From NCBI GenBank assembly GCA_946965045.2, contig OX337234.1, positions 1,674,001-1,738,000 on the forward strand: a DNA stretch of 64,000 nt, in the 5' to 3' direction. The DNA comes from Epithemia pelagica (lineage: Eukaryota > Protista > Bacillariophyta). Under the pieces are notes generated by a model that saw only the letters and a list, made by a program, of their open reading frames with translations, was not told the origin of the DNA and did no database searches. Below are positions 13,035-23,150 of this stretch, piece after piece. The translations under genes were made by a program, and so were the position numbers. Each line of letters opens with the position of its first letter. Position 1 is the first letter of the stretch.

Positions 13035-13313
13035 TTTTGAATGATTGGACCAGACCAAGAGGAGATCAACCAAGTGAATCAAGGAAATCCAAGACGCCGG
13101 GCTAAACATAACGGTCGAAGGAACAATCAAAGATTTCTTGGGGGCCAACATCGAAAAGCAAAAGGATGGGACCATCGAATTCACACAGCCACACCTAATC
13201 GACAAGGTGCTATCCGCACTGCGACTGGATGGGAACACGGCGAAGCCAAAGGATGTCCCAGCGGCACCGTCAAAGATCCTCAAACGCCATGCCGACTCGA
13301 TACCATTTGACAA
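13035..13313 (+). pseudogene. Copia RT fragment, family A (same family as window start)
   Basis: IGPDQEEINQV..IQDAGLNITVEGTIKDFLGANIEKQKDGTIEFTQPHLIDKVL; 78/79 identity with bases 1-79. Confidence 0.85.
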
Positions 13314-14427
13314 TTACGAGTATGTTTTGGTCTACATTGATGATCTGCTGATTGTTAGTCATGATCCCAAAACCGTGATGCAGGACCTGCAGAGGCGCTA
13401 TACGATCAAGCCCGACAGTATCAAACCGCCAGACGAATACTTGGGATCCGAAATACGGCGTTATACCATACCCGACACGCAAGATCCGTCAAACCGTGAT
13501 CGTTGGGCCATGTCCGCTGACAAGTATTGTAAGCGTGCTCTTGCCGAAGTCGAAATGGAACTGGAGAAATCCGGAGAAAAGCTGAAGTCAAAAGTGACGA
13601 CGCCAATCGCCGATGGATATCGCCCGGAATTGGATGCGACTCCTGAACTCGACGCAAGACGTGCGAACTATTACCAAGGACTGATCGGTATTCTCCGTTG
13701 GATTGTTGAACTCGGTCCTATCGACATTACAACCGCAGTCTCCCATATGTCCCGTTTTATGGCGAATCCACGAGAAGGACATCTCGAGCAAACGTTGCAC
13801 ATCTTTGCGTATCTGAAGAAGTACGATAAATCCGCCATTGTGTTCGACGACACAACCCCTGACTTCGACGAGTCACGTTTTACCCGACCGGATTGGTCTG
13901 AGTATTATCCTGATGCTGCCGAGCCGATTCCGCCAAACGCACCAGCACCGCGTGGAAACGCTGTCACCACAACTTGCTTTGTCGATGCTGATCATGCTGG
14001 ATGTCGTGTCACACGGCGCTCTCAAACAGGAGTCCTACTGTTCTTGCAACGAGCACCGATCATGTGGTATTCAAAACGACAAAACACTGTTGAGACGTCT
14101 ACATTTGGCAGTGAGTTCGTGGCGATGAAGACTGCCATTGAAATGATTGAAGCATTTCGTTATAAGTTGCGAATGATGGGTATCCCGTTGGATGGAGAGA
14201 CGAATGTGTTTTGCGACAATGAATCTGTGTTTAAGAACTCGACGCAGCCGGAATCAGTCCTAAAGAAGAAGCACAACGCAATTGCTTATCATCGGACTCG
14301 TGAAGCGCAAGCTGCTGGACTTGTGCGCATTGCATGGGAAGAAGGTGAAACGAATCTTGCCGATATCCTAACCAAACTGCTACCCGGACCTTGATTGCGA
14401 TTCCTGGCCCAACGTATCATGTGGTAG
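13314..14427 (+). pseudogene. Copia RT (YIDD) and RNase H, family B; one premature TGA at 14392
   Basis: YEYVLVYIDDLL, YQGLIGILRWIVELG, CFVDADHAGC, VETSTFGSEF, FCDNESV, NLADILTK. Reading continues L-R-F-L-A-Q-R-I-M-W to TAG at 14425-14427. Confidence 0.92.
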
Positions 14428-14549
14428 CACCCCTTTTAGATCCAAAATGGGATCGCCCCCTTTTGAAGAATAGTCCGACGTACTGGACCGGCCTCTGCTG
14501 ACATGACGAACTAAACGAAGTTGCCCACCCCGATTTTGTTCGCGGGGAC

Positions 14550-14789
14550 TGAATAAATAATCACGGGCGCCCCCTTTGTAACCTACGAAGGGCCTCGCCA
14601 TGCCTCGCTACGCACCGCCTGGCATCGCCCGGCCCCTAGTTATGTGTTCGCTAGTGGGTACCGTGGTCGCTATTTGGCCCCTACGTGAGCGATTTGCCCC
14701 CAAAGGGCACCCCTAGTTTAGTCATCATAATTTCTGATAGTTTGATTGTTGCAAGCCGTATATTGCGTCTGGCCGTCAGTTTTTATTCA
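14550..14789 (+). mobile_element. 3' LTR (240 bp) of family B copia
   Basis: Follows gcggggac. Begins TGAATAAA and ends TTTATTCA, an 8-bp inverted terminus with TG...CA. Confidence 0.8.
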
Positions 14790-15134
14790 ATACAATGCCA
14801 TTTAGACCATCACCAAAGCAAAAGATCCAGCGCCTAACATTGGGAATCGGACTAATATTGATCGAGTTATGTCGAGTAAAAAAGTTGCGCCCATGGGCGC
14901 GATATCGCGCGTTTGGGGCGCGTCCCCCTCGAAGGCACTAGGAGCTGAGCGCGGAGCGGACAGGGACACCCGCTATATTTGTAACCACGACCCCATTGGG
15001 TTTATTTCTGGTTGGCTGAGATAACTGTACCTCATTTTTCTACACTACCAAAAAAGACATAGGCACGTGTCAAAAAATTACTTAAATCTAGCAATTTTTG
15101 AAGTCAGAGAAGCCATGCGCGGAGATTCGCCAAA

Positions 15135-15325
15135 TGTATCGGATGCTGTATCGATGCACATACAACTGTATCCAGTCGTGTATCGGGGTTGTATCTAGTT
15201 GTATCGGGGGGCTTAGGTACTGTATCGATACAACGCATTTGTATCGGTTTTTGTATCGGGGGACTCGAGTCCTCTGTATCGGGTCTTCCGAACTTGTTGC
15301 GATTTGTATCGGGCTAATGTATCGG
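15135..15325 (+). repeat. Left subterminal array of ~12 TGTATC(G) motifs
   Basis: Dispersed TGTATCG/TGTATCC/TGTATCT copies with variable spacers, including the palindrome TGTATCGATACA at 15221-15232. Confidence 0.9.
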
Positions 15326-17004
15326 GTTGACGGCCACCACCGAGCTCCCCGGTGCGAAATTTCACTGCGCTCCTACATACGAGCTCCACCGCACTGAAAT
15401 TTCACAAGCAGTAGCCCGTGCTTTTTTGGTCCCCACTGTTTTTTCTATAGTGATTCTAGCTTCGTAGGAAGACCACTACGGTCATTTTGCACAGCATAAC
15501 ACCACCATGGACGATAAAGACCGCTGTGCACCTCCAACGAAAGGTCCTAGTACTCCTCTGAACACCCAGGAGGCTTGATCTTCATGTGTACCGTGAAGGG
15601 TGAAAAGGGCGGCGTTAAGATATCTGTTTTTCATGGACCTACGGCAAGATCTAGAAGACCTTCCATTTTTGGGTTGGAAGGAAACATCGAGAGGATCAAG
15701 ATTGGAGTCCGTTAATGGTGGAATGAACGAAGATTGCAGGGATGGACGACAATGGAAGCTCCGAAATGGGTGGATGAGGCACAGGAGAGCAGCGGCAAGG
15801 ACACACGGCAATCTACTGGATGATTCCGAAGCACAAACATGACGAGAATCTCGGCAACCGCATCGAAGGAAGTGACAATCAGAAGACGACGCCACGGGAG
15901 ACAATGAATCCAGCAATTCACTTAACGTCCGTCCGCATGCAACAATCAACTTCTTAGTTTTGCGTGGTCCGAACACAGCAAATGAAAGCCTCGTCGGGTT
16001 GGTTAAAACGCAACAAGCAACAAAAGTTTGGTTCGACCAAACAAGGAAACAAACGCAACCATGGGTGGACAGACTGCTTCTGTCGCAGCCAACAATGGTG
16101 CTGCTGCTGCTGATTGTTCGAGTGGAAGAAGGAGGGGATGCCGTGGAGCTGCGGCAGCGGTAGACGAAGATGGTGTGGTCGTCCTCCTTCTTCTACATTG
16201 CGACGAAACAATCAACTCCTTGTCTTTTCGTTACCCTCACCCAACAAATCGGAGCCTCGTCCATTGGTGGTAACAAGCGGCGACAACCACAACAAGCGGC
16301 GACAACCACAAAGACAGCAAGCAGTGACAATGACGACAACAACCCAAAGCTCGTTGAGGCCGAACGAAACACGCGGCGACAGCCACCACAACAACAAGTG
16401 GTGACAACGACAACAACAATCAACTAACTCCGTATCTAGCTATGCAGGTAGTTCTGCTCACATTTTTATAGTAGAGTAGGAAATTATTGTACGAGCGGGA
16501 GGTAGTAATTACCGAAAGTTCGCGCGATTCGCGCAGAAAAACGCCGGGCGAGCAAACCAAGGGGGAAAACCGGACCACAGGAGAAAGAGACGGACGAAAC
16601 GATGGTAACGACGATACCAAAGAGAGACGAAGCAATAGACGAGCATTAGAAAGAGCAAGTTGAATGTGAGAATAGGAACAATAAAGCAACAATCAGACAA
16701 TATTCGAGGACTTACAATGCTGGGGATCAATCAGTGACAACTGAGATGCCTGTGAAACACTGATAGTATTGTCAGTCGACAAACTCAAGGGCGACAAAAG
16801 ATCCAAAGACAGGACAAAAGACTCACCAACCCAGCAATTATGAAGACTTCTTTGCAGTACATAAAGGAGAATGGAGAGAAGGATAGAAAAAAACCATGAA
16901 GAATATGAAAAGAAGTCACGTACTTTGAACAGAATGAAGTAAAGAGTGAGATTGATGCATATGGAAATAAGCATAAAATAGAAAGAAACTTACCAAACCA
17001 CCAG

Positions 17005-20000
17005 TCAACCAGACCGCTTCTTGCCATGCTTCTTGTACTTGCGTTGATTTGAGTGGTTGGGTGCAAGTTGTTGATATGAAATGGCTCCTTGTTGCTGGAT
17101 ACCAAGGATGGGTGGTTGAATCGTAGGGGGTACCATGCCAGGTTGAGGAAGGCCAAATTGCAAAGGGGCAGACTGAAGAACAGGTTGTTGAAGAATGGCT
17201 CCATAAAAGGGTTGCTGGGGTGGCGGTGGTTGGTAAGACTGAACAAATGGGGCCATGGGAGCAAACTGTTGAGGTTGCTGCTGGGCGAAAAACATTGGTT
17301 GTGGTTGTTGCATTGAAACATGATGCATGCCATGGGTAATGCATGGTATGGTGCCATGATGGGATGATGCTGATGACATCGACGACGACGAAACAGGAGT
17401 ACTCGAAGAAGAAGCATTCACCTTTGAATCAGACTTCTTCGTGGTTTTTTCACGAGGAGAAGAAGCAAAAACATCCCAGTCAAAACCATCAAACAACGAA
17501 CAAGTGGACTCATCTTCAGCGTCTATATCCAAAGGCGCGGCAGTTGGTGACTTCTTGTCCTTCGATGCACAAGGTTTCGAATCATCGGGTTCTGTGACGA
17601 ACAAACAAGGAAAGGTAAGACAAGTGTCAATGGAAATGAAACAATCAGCAATCAACGACAGATGAACGTACCAGTTTTGACCGTCACAGCTTTGGCGTCA
17701 GAATACCAATTCGCAGTCAAAAGCTTTGCGTACGATTCAGAGCGAAGCTCCTGGTACGCAAAACTTGCCTGGTCCGTCTTGTGGCGCCCAAACTTATTTA
17801 CAAGCTTCTGTGGTGCGCCGGATGCCACAACGTTAGAAATACCGGTACGACGGCCTGTACGTGCAGTCGTACGTTGCCAGTCTTCTAAGCCGCACCTCTT
17901 GAAGAGGATTTTGGCATTCTCGTTCGGCCAGTTCTTTCCCAGCTGCCCGATCGGTCGCATCGGTGGAGGTCCAGTGAATCCCTGAGCGACTGCCTTCTTG
18001 TATTTCGCTATGACGTCTTTGGACATGTCGCGAACCAACATGGTGCCAGCCCACCACTTGTCATTCGCAGATGGACGAGCCTTGCGCTCCTTGTCGGTGG
18101 CAATGTTTAGAAAAAGCAGTCCTGTCCAGCTAGGAGGAAGGGCGTGCTCGATCCAGTACTTTAGTAATTTGTACGTGGACCACGGGTCATCGGGGTTGTC
18201 GACTACCACATTCAATTCACACTCATCCTCTCCATCCAGAGTCGGATTCGTCAGCGAGAGCTTCGAGCATTTCTCGCGAGAGCACTCTTTCAATTTGTAT
18301 GCGGGAAGACCTTTCAAAGAACCATACGACTCAGGCAGCGCGGCAATATGCACTAAATCAGACACTCTTAATTTAGTAGTCTGTGACAGAAAATCAACGT
18401 GTGAGAGCGGAAGAAGACACATGAAAAACCAACAATCCAACAGTACTTACTTCAATGGTACCACGTGGACCAAAGTCACGTTGCGACTTGTACACTGTCA
18501 TGCGTAGCAAATCGATTGGGACTCCGAAAGGATTGAAGGGGGGGGGGGGTCCGCTTTGTTGCGGAATAAAAACTCGTCGTTCTCGACAACCTTGGCTTTC
18601 TTTGGACGGCGACCAAAGTCGGGCCGGATTTCAGCTTCGTCTTCAAAAAGTTTCTTACAAAACGCGTGAAAGGATCGCGGAAGATTGGCAAGATCCAAGC
18701 TGCTATATTGGATGCCGTTTGCATGAAGAACAGCAAACAGGTGGTCCAACATCTTCTTGATCACGGCGGGTTGATAAATCTTACCAGCCTTCGTGTAGAG
18801 GTTGGAGACGAAGACGTACAAAGCGAGGTTGAGCAGCTTGGCCTTCTCTGGTGTCTTGTAACCACGTAACAAGACGAAGAGTCGCAGAGTTTATTTCGTA
18901 GAGTTGTCTGGATCAGGCATGACCTCGGTAAGTTTGAAGAGATCCTGGTGACGGGCCAAGATGCTCAGGAACCGTTCGACTGTTCTAGCTTTTTCGCGCT
19001 CATAGCCTGCCGTGTTCATTGACAGGTCGGTGAAAGATACTTTCTTGGCGTCGGCGCCATAGACGCGATCGTTCGAAATCGTTGCATACGATGCCCAGGC
19101 ATCGATGTCATCGGGAGTCTCGACAATCTCGGGAAGAGGGTTGGTCGCAAGGAAGTCCATCGTGATCTTGCCTGTTGCTTGGTCTACCACCAAATTGGAC
19201 CGGGACGAAGCAGCTTGTGCAGTCAATTTTAAGGATGGTGCAACAGGAACGGGGACGGTTGAGGTGTCTGCTGCTGCTGCCATTGACCTGGGAAAACAAC
19301 AATCATCCACGAGGTTAGAAGAGAAGCGACCACCATGGAGAAACACTCATACAACAATTAACTTACGCAGCTGGATCGTTTGATTGCTGTTGTCGCAACG
19401 AGTCTTCCATGGTAGATCCTCGGGTGGAAGGAACGTTTACCTCTCTGTTTGGCAAAAAGACGCGGTGAACAGAATGAGAAAAAGAACGAGGAGACAACAA
19501 AAACACAACAATCAAAGACTCTTACTCGTTGTGAGGAATGGGTTGAAGAGAGACAGGGTTCTCGGAAGTCTTGGATTGCTGTTGCATGCGGGTAGGACGA
19601 CGGGTGGAAGGAATGTTCGTCTCTCTGTTTCGGAAAAAGAGGAAGCAACCATGAGAGTCTGAAGGAGGAGCGACACAAAGAAACACAGCAATCAAAAGAA
19701 CTTACTGGTTGACAGGGATGGGCTGAAGAGGAACAGGGTGCGTCGGTTTGTTCGACTGCTTTGGAACAGGAACATGCAACGATTGTTTCTTGAGAAGAGA
19801 CGACGAGTTACCATTGGATTCAGCAACGGCGGTAGAGCTGCTGCGAGTTTTGCGAGACCCCGATACATAAACTGGAGACGCCTCATTCTCCTTGTTTGAA
19901 CTTGAGGCGGAAGCAGCGGCGGCTTTCTTCTTGTTGGCATTGCGGGTCTTCATGGTTCGACTGCTGTTCTCAAAAACAAGTTGACACAAGAAATGAGAAA

Positions 20001-20383
20001 TGAGAAATGACAGTATGAGGGAAGAGAATGAGGATGCGTGACAGTCGAAGGAAGATTTGAATCGCTAAGTGCGACCAGGAAGATTTGGACGCAAAAGGAA
20101 GACCACCATGGCCAAAATGGAGGAAAACAGGCCAAATCGATATGAAAACACAACAATCAAACAAGAAAACTTACAGTTCACAGGATCTTGGCGCCCTTGA
20201 GGCATCTGTGGAGTCGTTGTTGTCTTTGGAGCTCTCCTTGGTGAGATCTATTACGGTAACCCCCCTTCCTTCCCAGTTGAACATGTTGTCGGGCTCGTCG
20301 AAGATAAAGAGATATGAGGAGGACGAATCCGATGACTCCGAGGACTGGGACTGGGAGTCCGATACCAAATCAATCACAGACAT
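17005..20383 (-). CDS. Crypton-type tyrosine recombinase, 7 exons, ~925 aa; one in-frame TAA and one homopolymer frameshift
   Basis: Exons 20383-20175, 19963-19706, 19624-19526, 19444-19367, 19287-18451, 18380-17672, 17591-17005. All introns are GT(AAG/ACG)...CAG and all splices keep frame. Motifs: LLNLALYVFVSNLYTKAGKIYQPAVIKKML, DFGPRGTIE/TTKLRVSDL (box I Arg), TARTGRRTGISNVVASG...FGRHKTDQASFAYQ (box II). TAA at 18893-18891; C12 run at 18538-18549 is 1 nt short of frame. Confidence 0.85.
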
Positions 20384-20994
20384 GCTAAAAACCAACAATC
20401 AAACACTTTTTGAAGTAGAGAAGCCGTCCAGAATGATGATCTCATTGTCGTCGACCTTCCTTTCTCCAGTTCTCGGATCGAGAGCAAGGAGATGTCGACG
20501 AGATCTCTGGGGCCTAAGTGATCCGATGAACGGAATGTTTCAAATTTACATATTATAAGTAACAAGTTTATTTAAAGACTAAATTTTCTGATGGGACTCA
20601 AAAATTTCCTCAACAGACATGTCCTGCTTATTAATTATAGAAGGGAGGTGAGAACTACCTGCATAGCTAGATACGGAGTAAGCAGATTACTCCCCTGTGT
20701 TTCTTAGTCCTTTCTCGTCGGGCGCCCGGCTGGTCGGGAGAATGACTCGTTGGGCACATGTCTTGTCGGGCATGCGCCCTCCTCGCCACGTGCCCTCCTC
20801 GTCATTCTACCCTCCACGCCGGGCGACCCTCCTCTAAAGGACTAATACACCGTGAAGTAATCCTACTACTCGCTGCCACCGAACGAAACAGTCGGCAACA
20901 AGGACAACACTCGGACAACAACAACCCCAATGCAACAATCAACGATCGAACATGCGTTTTGCGATGACGGTTTGTGCAGACTCATTTTTGTTGT

Positions 20995-21187
20995 AGTATC
21001 GGGGGTATTTTGTATCGGGGGTGTGTATCGGGGTTTCGTCGATTTGTATCGGCTGTATCGACCCCCTTGTATCGTTTGTATCGGGGTTGTATCGTTTGTA
21101 TCGGGTTGTATCGTTTGTATCGGAATTTGTATCGTTTGTATCGGATGTTGTTTCGAACAGTTGTATCGTTTGTATCGGGTTGTATCG
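20995..21187 (+). repeat. Right subterminal array of ~15 TGTATCG motifs
   Basis: Repeated tgtatcgtttgtatcgg units in the same orientation as the left array; ends 4 nt before the 11-bp direct repeat. Confidence 0.9.
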
Positions 21188-21358
21188 ACCCTCGCCAAAT
21201 GTGCCGATTCATGTATTTTCCTCTCTATGTATTCTAATTTACAGAAATATCAATATCGATAAGTATTTTGTTCTATTATAGTGTACCAAAAAGAAGATGA
21301 ACTTGTCCGTCCTTCGTTCCTTTCGGTATATTCTGTTCAAGGTCCATTAGAGCTATGG

Positions 21359-23150
21359 TTACAAATATACCGGGTGTCCCAGAGGGTATGATGGTTGAGT
21401 AGAAGTCGGCAATGGTGTAATGGGATGATCATTTTCCATTGCTCGAGTGACCGTTGATTGTCGATTAACAAAGTCCATAGCATCTACTTCGTCTGAAGGC
21501 GAGTAGTCTGAATCGTTTTCATCTTCTATGTACTGATAGGAGGAGTTTCGGAATAGCTTATACCAATCATGGGACATTAGATCGGGTAGATCGTCTTCTG
21601 AGGTAGCTTTAGTAGAGAACCAATCATCAAAAGACGACATGAAACTGCGGTGAGATATGGCCTGTTGACGGATTTAGAACTAGAGGAGCTGTGCTAGCAT
21701 GCCCACTGCTCAATCCCATGAAGATGCAGCGGGTAGATCTAGATTTCCAACGGGGTACTCCTAGTTTCTTCCCATTGGCTATGGATTTGTTTAGTGCGTA
21801 CACGGGACAGCCCCACACGTGGAGGTCATGGAATTTACATTGCTCCCATCGTGTTCGCGTAAAATAGTCATGAGGGCTTCTTCCCGTGTCGGTACGTGGT
21901 ATATGATTATGCAAATATGCAGCGTGGGAGACTGCCATGGGCCACAGTGCAGTATCAGCCATTTCAGGCCAGTGAATTGCTGCATGTAACATCATCTTTG
22001 TCCTAGCAATAGACATAATAGTCTGTATAGCCCTTTCTGTGACTCCGGCATGATGATGTACCCCTACACCGGCAAACTTGTACAACTGGGAGAAATTTCG
22101 TAGGGTATCGGTGTACTTGGTAGAAGTGAAGGCGGATCCATTATCAGTTAGATATTGAATGGGCACTAAACCAGTATCCCTACAAAATAGTTCAAATGAT
22201 TCTTTGGCACGGAGTGTTTCATAAGTATTTAGATGAGTTTGGAAGCCTATACACGTGTATCCAGAGACGTGATCTACGAATATGGCGCCTCCTGTGTACA
22301 TGTCACCAGGTTTAGATTTGCCCTTGGAGTTGAAACGTCTTCCCTAAGTGGAACGTACAAAAGTTGAAACGTCTTCCCTAAGTGGAGCATACAAAATTAT
22401 CAATAGATATGCACTTGCCAGGAAAAAGATTTTCTGCTTTGGTGAGGATGCCTTGGCGATCAGTTACTAGTGTTGTTCTTGTTCCTGGGGCGGTTCTGCG
22501 TTTCTGTCCTGTGCATAAAGGAAGATCGGTAAGTTTAGCAGCAGCAAAGTGCAATCGTCGTGAGTTTTCTGTTGTCGCCAAAATTCCTGATCTCATGAGG
22601 AGCTGTACCTTTTTGAATCCAATGTGTCCCATACACTGATGCCATCGCAGTTTTTTCTTTTGAGTGTTGGACAGGTTCAAGTTGTTGTTGGAGACAGCGG
22701 TGACAATGGTGGAAAGTGCTTGGGATCCTGTTGCAATGTGACCATGGTCTTATCCGTATGACATAGGCAGGTTGTTGTGAGGATTCACAAGGACTTGAAC
22801 AGGTCAACGACGTGGATCATTGGGAATTCCGCTCAAGATGTCACGGTCTCTCCAGTGTAAACTTATAAGAGACTTTGAATTGATTGATAGCAGTCTCACC
22901 TTTGACTTTGGTACGAGCAGAGCTGGGAGTTAAAGACTGCGGAGCATTCCTTCGGCGTCCATGACGGTCCAAAGGACTGTTCCTTTGCCTTTCACTTTCA
23001 TTTTGTTGGCGATGCCGCGAATTTTGAGTTTTCTTGTGGTTCCATGGCGTCGATGAAGTCTTCGGGTCAGTATGTGATTGAACTTTTGTTTGCTCCTGAA
23101 TCCCAGATGAGGGGATAAGAAGCTTCCGAAGGCATTGAATTTCTAAATTT
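21359..23150 (-). pseudogene. Decayed copia pol: protease, GAG-pre-integrase and integrase
   Basis: YPLIWDSGA; LRWHQCMGHIGFKKVQ; YTGGAIFVDHVSG...YLTDNGSAF...GVTERAIQTI...LWPMAV...VWGCPVY...ISPQFHVVF. Confidence 0.88.

Larger units (their letters stand above)
15127..21202 (-). mobile_element. Crypton-like tyrosine-recombinase DNA transposon, ~6.08 kb, apparently full length
   Basis: Exact direct repeat TCGCCAAATGT at 15127-15137 and 21192-21202, each abutting an array of TGTATC(G) motifs. Encloses a spliced tyrosine recombinase gene. No TIRs seen. Confidence 0.7.

Noticed and set aside
15482-16700. Second gene inside the Crypton-like element
   Set aside because: Short overlapping ORFs in ACA/GCG low-complexity sequence; no consistent splice model or motif found.
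15135-21187. TGTATCG arrays as TIRs or CRISPR repeats
   Set aside because: Both arrays are on the same strand, so not inverted. Motifs are 6-7 bp with irregular short spacers.
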